DNA of 64,000 nt, taken from Takakia lepidozioides (lineage: Eukaryota; Plantae; Bryophyta). Positions 37,223 through 49,764 of the stretch are shown here, in pieces (within the stretch, counting starts at the first letter, position 1; each line of letters opens with the position of its first letter). The notes under the pieces were generated by a model that saw nothing but the letters and a program-made list of their open reading frames with translations, was not told where the DNA came from and did no database searches. The position numbers and the translations under genes are program-made. Location of the stretch: positions 27,900,001-27,964,000 of the forward strand of contig CM060731.1 of assembly GCA_030704615.1 (NCBI GenBank). Direction: 5' to 3'.

Positions 37223-37865
37223 TAAGAGTCACTTCACCTTTCGGCTACCGCCTCCTTTCGAGGCTGAGCTTTGAAGATAGTAGTACATGCAATGTTTGGT
37301 GAGTATCATGATCAGTCTTTGTGATATCCATGGGTTTTACTTTCGTAATTATTTGACAGGATTGTACATTAGAATGATCACATCTGTCCACAGGGCAAAA
37401 TGCACATGAATACATGATCTTTAGTATTTGTCTATTGAAGATCTAGCTGAATCTCCTCCCCATCCAAGTCTATATGACTTTTTAGTCTATCAGTCAAGGT
37501 GTGGTGGACGATTGTGATAAGGATTTGAGTTAAAAAGAATCCGCTTTATATCTTCTGTGGTAGTGCATCTCATGGACATTTTGCTCCACGGTCTACTCTG
37601 GACAGTCCATTGGACTGTCCAAAAGGCTGCCGGGTCCACTCTGGAGGCACCGACAAGTGAGCAGATTTGACGGAGTCTGTAGCAAGATGTCAACCGAGAT
37701 ATCCTTGGTGACGTGCTGAAAAGATTTCTCTGTAGAACAAAAATCGACCAAGATATAGTTCCCCAGCTTGTATCGGTATGGTCTTCGTCATCAGCTCAAG
37801 TTGAGATTACAATTGGAGAGAGAGAGAGAGAGAGAAGAAAAGTGAGAAAAGAGATTTGTGTCCCA

Positions 37866-40800
37866 TCAACGATTGGCCAGAGATGATGTTGCAAGGAAGT
37901 TCATGCAGATGGGAGGACTCACTTTGATGAGAGCAAGAAAGGCAGATGGCACTGTCCACAGGCCATCCCCACAAATCAAGCCTGAAGCCACCGCTGAGGC
38001 AAATGTATCAGACTGCTTCTGATTGCGCTTTTGCCAGGTGAAAAGTATCACAGAGCCTATCGCCATGTCTATGGCGAAGTAAACTCCGAGGTAGAAGGGA
38101 ATAGCCATAGCCATGGGGATAGGAATGAACTGGGCATATCGACGAGGGGTCGCATCTCTTGCAACGTTGACCACAATGGCGCCCAGAAAAAACCCATAAC
38201 AGATGTGGAGGCAGTGCTTGGGGAGGGAGGAGAATCCTTGTGTGCCGAGGACAGCTATTGCTCTAAAGATTGTTGCGTTTGGTGCCTTATACTCTCCGTC
38301 TGGATTTCCTATGTCAAAAGCTGTCCAAAAAAGCCAGAACGTGAGAGGGGCAATCACACACCCCAGAATTGTTCCCACCAGCTGGCTTATGAACATTGAC
38401 CTTGGGGAACAGTGTGTGAGATATCCTGTCTTGAAATTCTGCAGTTGGAGCACAATATCGATGTCAAACCGACATAGAGGAAAGCAAACAGTTGAGCACT
38501 AAGGACTATTTGAACCAGCCGCACAATCTACTGGTACCAAGTTCACTGCAGGCAGAGTGTGTGCAGTCCAGCATTTGACCTGCTAACCATGCTGTGACAT
38601 CCACAGGGAGAGAGAGAAAGACACTCGAGAATCATGGCAGTTGGGATGCTGTAAGAGATGGCATTGAAGGGGGAGACAAGACGCTTGCCTGCATTAAATC
38701 TGAAGCAGCGAGGACAATCGTCATCATGACACCTGCTGTCCCAAGTCCTGCAATGACACCCCCATGGGAACCAGCCCATGACGCAAAGATGAAGAGACCC
38801 ACTTTGCCATAAGTGGTCACCATACTCCAATCAGTGAGACCAGCACCATAAGCATTACAGAATGCCAAAATGGGGGCGACACAATATGAAATAAGAACAT
38901 AGTACCACTTCACTTGTGTGAATATCTGGGGAACTACCCCAGTGGCTATTGCTGCCAGCCCCACATAACCAGCAACTGCAGCCCAAGTGGGTATATGGTC
39001 CTTGAGAAAGAGCTCAGTTCTCTTCTTCTCATCAGCAGACACAACAGCTTCTGGAAGTCCTGCAATGGATGGAGAAGAGTCTCGACTGTAAGAGACGAAG
39101 ACTACATTGAGGAACTACATCACATTCTGACAAAATTGGGACTGCATTGCACCAAAGCTCATTTTCTTAGGAGTTGCAAAGCAGGAAGCAGATCCTTGTC
39201 CACTTTAATTGTTCTCTTCACTCTCCTGCACTCCCTGTGGTTGACAAATTGACTTGATAAATTGAAGGAAACTGAGGTTGCTTACCGGATACAGTTCCAA
39301 CCACAGGCAATTGTTGTGCATTTTTGTGGTGGAGATAGATGGAGTTGAGACTGATGTATGTTAGCTTCACCACATTGTAGATCCCGTCTCCAAGAATAAG
39401 GGCAATTGCCACAAAAACCTGTGATCACCCTTGTCAACATTCACAAAGGACGAAGAGAAAGAAGTGCCTAACTAATTAGACTTGACGTAATTTGCTAGCC
39501 TTCCGCTTCTGGGCCCACTCCACTTAAGTTTTTGATAGAGCAGATGGGTGCATAAGAGAGTTGAGAGGAGAACAATCCAGGGTCACTAATCACTGCTGAA
39601 AGCTCACTCCAGTGATAGCCAGAGAAAATACCAGCTCACAACAGAGCCTTTTGTGGGGTTCGCACCCACCAGGGTGTAGCTTATCAGCTTCAGGTATAAA
39701 CTTGTTTACCTGCAACAGCCATTAAGGCGCTCACAGAGGCACTTGTCCGCGTGCAAACTCGACATCCCAGTTGCAGAGTTATTGATTTTAGTCTTATAGC
39801 CCTGTTTAGCACAAAAATGACATGCTTGGGGATGTTTGGGCACGGGAGGCTTCAGCCCGTTACTCTGGGCTGCGTGCGCGAGAGAGAAAGAGTAATCATA
39901 TACATGGGAGGTCCATAGGACCCAAACGAGAATGACCAAATCAAATTCAAAGAACTAATTGAGACAAAGCAAAATCATATAGAGAGGTGGGAGCAGAAAC
40001 CAAAAAAAACTTCAGCCTCTCCAAGTCTTCTCTATAATCAATGCCAACTAGTCCCAATGGCTCACGCATTGGGTTGCTTTGACAAAGAGGAATGCAAGAG
40101 GTAAAATTACTTAATAGATTGTCCTTGCTGTATCGTTTTGTGGTCACAACTTCACTCCAACTCAAAGCACCAATGGGGAAGTGGGGGAGGAACATCATAC
40201 TCATCCATCTGTCATTGGTGCAGCCTTGTGGTCATATACCCTGCACTCCGTTTCCAGAGAGAGGAGTAAATGGCCATTCGCTGTGGGTATTGGATGTGAC
40301 ATAACCTTGGAAGAATGGTCCCTGTGAGATAATTGAGCTATTTCTAGATCCTTTATTCACCAGGATACAAAACTCAGAAAGGCCTATGAAAAAACAGCAC
40401 AGCAAGGCAACCTTACCCGGTAGCCATTGATGCCGCTAAAGTCGTATGGTTTGAGGTTCTGTGGAAACCAGTTGCCGGTCTGATTCTCAATTAGAGGCCA
40501 CATGAGGCCCCATGAAATAATGCCTCCCAACAACACAGACCAGGATACAATGTGGGGGCAGATCATGCCTATTCCGAGATAGGGCAACGCAAAGTCAAAG
40601 TAGAATCTGTTTGTTGAACACATGCAACCTGGAGTTGTGTTAGTCAAGGTCCAATCTCATTCCTCTCCAGTCTCTGTTGGCATGGGAATCAACAAGTTGC
40701 TTTCTAGTGTCAGGTCATTGCATCCTTTACATCAACACTCAATCGACGCTGTCATGGGAAAGATGAGGGCTCACAAATGCTGCGCTATGTGCTGCTAAGT

Positions 40801-43473
40801 TTGGCTTTCACTCCACAACTGGCCGAGGAGGATTTTTGTCCTTCTGGAACTATGCACTAAAAGATATGGCCATAGCCAACATCCACAACGATTGCTCAGT
40901 GAGAACATCCACTTATGAAAGTTTCCAAAAGCACACTCTGAAATTCTGGAGCTTTTGACTATCTTTGTAAATGCAAGGAAAGGGGGAGTGGACGAGCTGA
41001 AATTCCCCAGACATTTGATGTTCATCAACTGGCCATTCATGTCATCACCCAGCTATGATTGTCTAGATGATGCCATTCATGGTTCTCTAGACAGCTCTAG
41101 TTTAAACAAGAAACAGGTAGCAATGGAAAGAGCAACAGCAAGTGAGAGGAGCTTGCATTAAAGAGAAAACACCTACCTGTTCTGGAAGGCCTTCAATCCA
41201 AGGGAAGGAAAGTTGTCAAAGCCACAGCCCTCACCAACCCCTCCATAGAACCATTTGAAAAAGCTCCATAGGAAACTGATGGTGAAGTACTTCGTCAAGC
41301 AATTCACTTGCTTTCTGTGGAAAAGGACCCCCAGACCAGTCAGTACCATCCTTCCATCCCTTTTGTTGTTGTCTCAATCAAAGTTTCTAAGGGTAGGAGG
41401 TGAGTACTTTGCTTGTGTAGCACCCTTGGGAGTGTGGAAGCTGTTGATGAGAGCACCTGTGGCGGTGCCACTGGGATATGTGAGGTTGTACTCAAGAATC
41501 AATATCTGCATTGCATGTCACTACAGATCAGTGCCTCTCTCTCTCCCTCTCTCTCTCACACACACCTACACACAGACTTTTTTTTACCAGTGAAGAGTTC
41601 ACATGGTAGCAAGGAAGCTGGGGGTGGGATTCTGAAAAGATAGTATATCTGGTCAAAGCTCAAGGTAGCAATTTCCGCATGACAGCAATTCAAATAGGTG
41701 AACTAGATATTCCTAGCTCAAGCTCTTCCCGCAGGCTGAATACATAAACAAACCTCTGACAACACCCACTGCAGAGAAGCCAGACGCAAGATCTACTCTC
41801 TTTCTTTCTCACGCACACTTAGACGCACCTTGCGGAGAGGTAAGAGGGCGACAACACCAACCAGACTAATGACAAGAAGGAAGGGAATAATCCTTCCCAA
41901 ACTAAGCTCATAGACATCATCAGGGCTGTTTCCAGGTCGCCCTCGCAAATTCTCATAGCTTTGGCGATCCATCGCCAATAGATAAGAGCTGAACCCCCCT
42001 GCACTCATGCCCACAGCAAGTCAGTGAGCAATTTCTGCCCAGTCAACGCCAGAACTTTCGTGGGCTCCTTTGGGTATCTCACCCGGCAATCTTTACATTG
42101 TCAAGGTAGGATCTAGAAGCTCCATACAGGAATTATAGAGCTTTCCTTTTGGGCTGCTTGTTGCCCGAGTCTCTCTTTCTTGTTTCTTACCTCCTCTTGT
42201 CCCGTCATGATAAGCTCAAACTCCACATCACACATCCCTCTTGAATGATTTATCACACCAAGAGCACTAGAAGGCTGGGCCATGGATCAGAGTCTCCGTG
42301 CAGGAAGAATCGGTTGCTGTTGCTCTCTTTTCTGGCTGAAATAATTGGACAGCTCAAATCGCCTCAGTCGCTGCCAGCCCAGTGTTAGCTTGGCACGCAG
42401 GCTTGCTCGACATCAAAGATAACGGGAATCCTGGCGCCCTTTTTTTCCAACAGGTTCTCACCGGGACTTTCAGACTCGGCTGGCACACACTCTAGATCGA
42501 GACAGGCAAACTACTTCCCAATCTACGTGAAAATAAAATTTTCTCCAGCTTGCACCATGCAAGAGGTGGAGACGCAACATCAGTCCATTTTCTCCTTCGC
42601 TGCTTATTATGAGACAAGAAGGAGATACTACAGGTCTGTTGTCTCTTCAGAGACTGCTCCTTGCAGAGGCATTTAACTAGTTTGTAAAGACTCGAATATA
42701 AGCTTGGCAGCTGACGGCCTTCACGAGGCGCTCTATCTTCGTGCGTCGACAAATAGTCCTAGTGATTTTAAGACTTTCAATTTTCATGTTTGTTAAGCAT
42801 TCGTGGCCTCTAGGGTTTATGGGGCTCAAAGTGGACGTTACATATGTTCCTTTTCTTACCCGACTTCCTTCTCTCTTCGCAAACAACTGCCCTCAATCCA
42901 AAAGCCGGAATCCTTACCACTGAACGCAAGGTTGCTGCATGCAACCACGCAGGTCTGAATGACAGTATTCTCTTGGCGTGTGAATGGCTTGTCCAACAGA
43001 CCAGCTTTCTCAAGCACGCCCGTCCAGGACTTCATAATGAAAAATCCCAAGAGACCCGCCGCGATGTTGAAGGAAGGGATGATGCCCACAGTGAACGCAA
43101 GCTTATGGATGACGATGCAAAACACAGCACCTAAGATAGTGGACGTAAATATTGCTCGAAATGTAATCTGATCCTGCCATTTAGGAACCGCAATGTCTTC
43201 ATAGAGAGCTTCCACGCCCAATTCCTCAGGACCCGGTGACCCTCTCTCCGTCAATGGACTACCTTTGATGCTACTGAGGACGTGATCGTCAAAGCGGAAT
43301 ACCAACCCATCGTAGTTCTCCTTGTATGGCATTAAGCTGCTTGGGCTTGGAGGTATTTCCTCCTCTAGTACTTGTCGTAAGGCACCTGTCTCCTTCACTA
43401 CATCAAATGAGAAGCTCGAACTGTCACCCCCACTGGTATCAGTTTCTGAAGTCTCCATCCCACTGCTTTTCAT
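37866..43473 (-). CDS. YSL: Yellow Stripe-Like transporter, copy 2, 8 exons, ~742 aa (last intron GC-AG)
   Basis: Exons 43473-42918, 41998-41829, 41505-41408, 41314-41177, 40606-40417, 39418-39286, 39059-38689 and 38438-37866 sum to 2229 nt in frame. Motifs include [35 protein letters not shown] and [11 protein letters not shown]. The start could instead be the ATG at 43458. Confidence 0.92.
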
Positions 43474-45208
43474 GCAAGGCTTGCGATAGGAGCCCGGCTT
43501 TGGACTGACCCAAAGACCTTTTCTGCTCTCTCTCCCTTGGACAGCTTGTGCCGACCTTTCAGTGTTCAGCTCTTGCTTCCCCCATGATACATGGGCACCC
43601 CTACAGTATGCAGACAACGCCTTCAGAACGCATCCTTCTTCTATCCCAGCTTATTGCTCAATCATGTCAGGTTCTGTATCAGACTACATTGGACCATACG
43701 ACTCATCACCGACTCTCCTTCTGTCTAGCTTCTCCCTCTCATTCCCACCCAACGGTAGACCCTCGCTCTTTCCCAGTAATCAAGCCGTTGCTAATTCAGC
43801 TAGAACGCGGTCCAGAAGATTCGACTACAATCTCCACACGGCCTGCGAAGACCTCTCGTTGCGGGAGCTGAGAGGGAGAGATCCACAACAAGATGGGCAG
43901 CCGTCAGACTAAAGCATAATATCAGGTGACAGAGACAACTACTAAATTCCAACAGCACAGTTCTCGACATACAGAATACTGGGGGGCCACCTTCTGCCAG
44001 GCTCCACGTGACACATCTGCCACCATGCCCAGACCATGCAGTTCGCAAACACACACACATACACACACACACTGCTCTCACTGCCCACAAGCTTGGCACA
44101 AGAGCAACAACACCTGACAACCAGCAAGCGGCGTCCCCCTGAATGCGCCATGAATCAATCCATATAAAATAGTGAAGGCCAATGGAGCAACTTGGTGGTC
44201 AAGCGTTGTGTGCAATAATCACTGACGCCATGCATGCAAATAGGACGTGTTATTGCTTTGCCATACCCGCAGTCAGTGCTCCACACGGTACAGTCCGGTA
44301 CACTTAATAACAACTGTTTCTTGTTTGTGCGTGCTGGCCTACTTAATTCTTCTGATTTTGTTGGGTGGAGCCTGGGACTTGGTGCCCAACGTCTGAACTG
44401 TGTGCAGGCTACTTACCTGCCTCGCAGAGAATGTCAGCGTCCACCACAGCAGCCTACCAACACATGGAAATGTGCTTCCATACCCCACACTTGTTTTTTG
44501 TGGGAGCAACCAAAATGAAACGAATGCATGGGCTCCCGAGTAAGCGTTTGTGATGCGAGCTCGCGAGGAGATGGGCATGTCAGACTCCAAATGCAACAAA
44601 CGGTGGGTCTTCAAGGCTGCCAAGACTTCTTTGTATCTGCCTTGCCTCCCTCAGCAGCCTACAAAAAATTCCATCATTAGGTCATTTTAGATACATATTT
44701 ATGCTCTTTGACAGTGTTTATTCAATTAGTATTTTTATACGTGTCTCATTGCACTTTCACCCCAAACAGCAGGGATCTCTCTTTATGTGGTGGTGATGGA
44801 TGTAATGGGTTAGAGGGTTAGAACACATGTCAGTGCTCACACACATCATTCACGGCTTTGAACCCACAACCTGTTGTTTGACCATCTTGTTGCATAACCA
44901 CTGTGCGGTATATATGGCTTCTGCTAAAGTCCACAGCTCTTTACCTTTTGATGTGCTTGAAACTTGAAACTTCTTTTGTAATCTCAATTTAATTTGAGAT
45001 ATAAGTTACAGACCTCTTCAAAATATCTACCTTTTCATATCCAGGTTTTGTAATCTCCCCATTTTCTAATTTTGTCCATTGGCTATCTTGGAGTAAATTA
45101 TGTACATGACCGAGGGAAAGAGTGCGTTAGCAAGCAGTTAGTGAAGCAAGCGTCACTCTCATCTCCTTCTGAACAATCCCTCTCTGTGCAAGAGCAGCAA
45201 GAGCAAAA

Positions 45209-48200
45209 ATGCAGAATGGGACGGTGCGGCCCCTTCGAGATGAAGAAATCGGCCTTCTCTCTGCGCTCCAGGTCCGTCTCGCTTTTGTGAGAGAGAGAGA
45301 GAGAGAGATTTTGTTTGTTCAATCTCTCGGGAGGAATTCATGTGCTCAAGTGTTTTGCAAGTCCCGGAAAATTGGCAGATTTGGTAATTTGTATCGGCAA
45401 GTAAGCTAACCGGGGTACTGGAAGGACTACCTCTACCCTGGAGTCGCTCTAGAAAAGACTTGGAAGATTTTGCAATACCCCTAGCATCCCCATCAAATGG
45501 TAGTCGGGACTTCGACTGAAATGGTGATTGGTAGTCTGTCAAGATTGGGGTGTCTGTGGTCAGGATTATTTTCTCCTCACACTCGGCTGCCTGGTGAATG
45601 CATTTACATTTGCAGGCATCGACAACGGAGAGCGGCAGTAGGTGGAGTTTTGTAGCGAAAACCGTGGCGGCGATGCTAGTTGGATTTTCCTTGGGATGTG
45701 CGGTGTCCTGGTACACAAGAAGTGAAGAAGTCTCATCACAATCGACAGTGTCCACTGCCACACAAACAAATTATCCTTTAAATTTTTTGGTAATTGGTGA
45801 CTGGGGCCGCAATGGCCACTACAACCAAACTCTGGTAGCCGCTCAGGTATGGAGTTCCTCTTCCAGTCTCATCATCGAATTAGGGCCTACTCGAATAGAA
45901 TGAGGCACCTTGTTTATCAGCTACTTATGTAGTTCTGATTTTTCATGTGGGCTTGCTTTGATGGAGTTTTAAAGCCTGCAGGTGCGTGTTTTAGTAGTGA
46001 CATTGCCTTACTGCTAACAAACTTCACACGGATTCCAGAACTCTGCAGTGCCACTTACACATATACACGACATGTCTGCATGTGGTGGCTGTGTTGATCA
46101 CTCAAAACTTTGTTTGCAGATGGGGAGGATTGGAAAAGAGTTGTGCATAGAGTTTGTGATGTCTACTGGAGACAATTTCTATGAGGCTGGATTAACTGGA
46201 ACTGAAGATCCCAAATTCACCCAGTCATTCACCGACATTTACACAGCCCCGAGCTTGCAAAAGACTTGGTTTACTGGTACTCCTCACAAAGTACTCCTCT
46301 CTCTTTACTCTTTCTCTTTCCCCTAAACCCTGGTGGTTGCGAACCCCCATAAAAGCTCCGGGAGGGTTAGTTTCCCTCAGGGTCAATGGTCGTAAGGCTA
46401 TAGCGAGCCAATTTTCGCTGGGAACGGCGTGCGAACATTCTCTCTCCCCTAGATGCTGTGTTCATTTATTCTTTCTTTGTCAGTGTCTCTCCCACTTATG
46501 CTAAAGATTGCCACTGCAGTTCCCCTGAATTGATTCTGATAGCCCTGTGAATTCCTAAATCTGGGACACTCATGCCTTTTGTTTTTCAGAGGCACACACA
46601 TTACTATCGAGCGATAAAACATAGGAGGCTCTGCAGGCTGTATTTGATAATCAGTTGAAGGTCCTTCAGGAGTTTCTGTCAGAAGGAAAGTACGGAGCAA
46701 CCCATGTTTGTATATTTATTAGTAAAACTGGACGCTTTAAAGCCACCCATCTGACGTTTCTTGTTCAGCAAAGCTGTTATCACTGTCAAAGCAACATGAG
46801 TTATATCTACCGCTTTAGAGCTCTGAACTTTCCCACTCTTTCCAGTCGCTGGATTTTTCAGCGTAAATTGAAACTCCTTTTGGCTGACAATGAGTTACGT
46901 AGAAGAAATGCGTCTCAGGATTCGTTAATTTTCTCTGATGCGAGAACTTGGGGGTGACTGTGGCAGTGTTAGGCAACCATGACTATATGGGGGATGTACT
47001 GGCCCAGCTGGGTGATGTCTTACCACATAGGGACGCACGCTGGTTCTGTCGCCGTGAGTTTCAGATACAATGCCCTCTCTGCAATGGTGAAACTGGTAAG
47101 GACCCAAATGAGATCCATGCACTTGAAATCCTCTGCCCCCACTAAAACCCTTCCTACTCTCTTTAGTGTGTTACTTCTGCAAACTGGACAGGGCGGTTTT
47201 GGTGTGAAGAGGCTAATGCTTCGATTATACCACAAGGGTAATGCAGTTTGCAGGATGTCAATGTGTTCAAATTTGCTAGTTTTCTTCAGATTGTATCCAG
47301 TTGTTGACACTCTGAATAATACTATCAAACCAGCTTGAGCTTGGCATGAGACAGAGTAGCTGATGTATTTGGGCATGGCTGCCATTAATGCAGTCGTTCT
47401 TTTAGTGGTGCATATTCCCTAGTGATAAATGTGATTGAAATTTGACCAGGAAAGTGTGAAACTTTTGTGGAGTTCTTCTTCATTGATACAACGCCATTTG
47501 TGAATGAATACTGGGATCCAACAACTGTCCGGGCATTTGATTGGAGGGGTCTGGCTCCCCGGAAAGAGCAGCTGCAGTTACAACTCAAGGTCTTCCTCCC
47601 TTCTCTCCATGGCTTTGGGCAGCATTTTTTCTCTTTCCCATTCCAGAAGTATGCCTCTGTTGGATGTCACTCATTGCAAAGGCGGAGAGGCTTGATTGGC
47701 TGAAGTCAGATGTCTCACAGGACAATTGCAGTGCTTTTGACAGTTGTTCAGCACTTGCCTGACCACCATAGCCAATGAAGCTGTTTGGTAGGTGTCTCGT
47801 GGTGCCAGTCTCTTTATCCCTTTCCTCTTCCTTCCCTCTCTTCCTCTTTTCTCTTGCACACAAGCCCCATGCATGAGGATCCATGGCTTGATGTATGAAC
47901 AGAATCTGAGTCAAGCACTAGAGAAGTCCACAGCAGCATGGAAGATCGTTGTGGGGCATCACACAATTCGGAGCCTTGGCAAACATGGCGGTGTGCAGGA
48001 GCTTGTTGATCAAGTTCTTCCTGTTCTTGAGGTGAGAGCCAAACTCAATGTCTCCTGTCTGTTGAGCCTGTGCCATGGTCTTTGGTATTTCATATGTATG
48101 AGTTTATAAAAGAGGAAGAGAGATTTTGGGACTGACATCTGGCAGTTAGATGTCTTGTCATGTGGGTCCAATGTCTACAACCTTTCTTACTACCTTATTC

Positions 48201-48885
48201 CATCAGATGAGGGGTCCTTCTGAAGGCTCTGGAAAAGGTCTCACTCGTTTTAAATCTCCTGCTGTCTCTTCAGTCTGATTGAAACCAGCTGTGTGCGGCT
48301 GTGGCAGGCACAGAAAGTAGACCTTTATATCAATGGACATGATCATTGCCTTCAATACATTAAACGGCCCGACAGGTAACTATTGTTACCCCTTTGGCCA
48401 AGCTTATGCATTTGTAGATAGGGGTTGTGTCATATGTAGGAGCACTTGATTCTTTAGGTTAGATATCACAAAAGAGAATTTCTGGACTGGATTGTTGTGC
48501 ATGGTTGTGCATGGGCCTTATGTTGCCAGCACAGAGTGTTGGATCTGCCAAAGTAACCATCGAAATCCTGATGTCATTCCTGTAAAGCCTGTAACTTGTG
48601 GGTGCATATCCATGTGATAAATGCACACTGACACTAGTTTATCATTGGTGCAGTAATGTTCATTTTATCACAAGTGGAGCTGGATCAAAAGCATGGCAAG
48701 GGATTCAACCTTCAAGGAAACTTGATGGCCTTCAATTTGCATATGATGGGCAGGGTTTTGTCTCCATTTCAATGGCTGCTAAATCTCTACGCCTTGAATT
48801 CCATGACGGACTTGGCAACTCTCTCCACACTGTACAATTGACAAAAACTAAACTTTCAAACAGCAGAGATAGTTCAGACATTTGA
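45209..48885 (+). CDS. PAP: Small (ACP5/PAP3/PAP17-type) purple acid phosphatase, 8 exons, ~382 aa, with N-terminal membrane anchor
   Basis: Exons 45209-45271, 45616-45846, 46120-46276, 46967-47095, 47450-47589, 47903-48031, 48308-48375 and 48654-48885 sum to 1149 nt. All five metal-ligand blocks are present (GDWG, GDNFY, GNHD, VGHH, GHDH) plus SGAGS. The first exon is inferred. Confidence 0.92.
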
Positions 48886-49764
48886 CATGTATCTGCAACC
48901 AATTGAGCAGCTAGCATAGATTACAGGGGGTTAGTCACTAATGAGGCGGTCATCCTCAGCCAGTTAAATTTCTGAGTGTCGGTTTCTCAATCATAAACTC
49001 CATCAAGTTTAGCAAAATCTATGACATTAAGCCACCCATGTAGCTTCCTTAAAAATTCAATTGTACTTGCTCGAAGTCCTCTGCTGAGTGTTTGGTGAAT
49101 GGTTACCTGATGGTCCGTATTACACATATCTACAGTGAGGACCTATCATTTGCTAAATCATCATGGTGAAAGGGAGATAACCAATCTAGATATTTATCCG
49201 AGTCTTCACTTTTGAGCCACTCTGCGTTCTGTATCCTAAACAAAAGCAACCAAAGACAATCATCAGCTATTTTAGCATCCAACCTTTTTCAGATCTATGA
49301 ACATCCCAGGTCCATCTTCCGAGTCCATTCCTTAGAAGATAATCAAACCGTATTAAAGTTGAAGTCAAGATTGTAGCAAGATAGCACTAAGACTAAAAAG
49401 AAAGAGCTTGACCTCAAGTTGGCCATTTACCCGAGGCTGATGAATCCATTGTCTGATCCATGTAGACGTAGGCTACCGTACCACCACAACCTGGCATGCG
49501 CTCTATGCCATTACAGAGGTTTTCGAAACCTGGACTTGACATTATCCTACAAAGCATGAGCCCTCTACCTTCCATAGATGAGAGAAATTCAGAGACCAGG
49601 GCGGAAGAGTGGTTGACATTCAGGTCTGTGGAAGCTCGGGAAAAGGAGAGGGAATTTACTGAGAGAAGCTTTGCTTGCGGCATCATTGTGACAATTGATC
49701 CCATCTGGTAGGCACTGACAGGTGGGCCAAGAGACAGCAAGATGTGAGAGGCGGCCCATACCAG

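Noticed and set aside
40780-41100. LINE C-terminal remnant in YSL copy-2 intron 4
   Set aside because: Only a faint SGCSH.AIV resemblance, too degenerate to call.
44200-45200. PHR1-binding P1BS (GNATATNC) upstream of PAP
   Set aside because: None was seen in a manual scan.
45159-45761. 200-aa minus-strand ORF
   Set aside because: Antisense to PAP exons 1-2 and the intron, with no domain.
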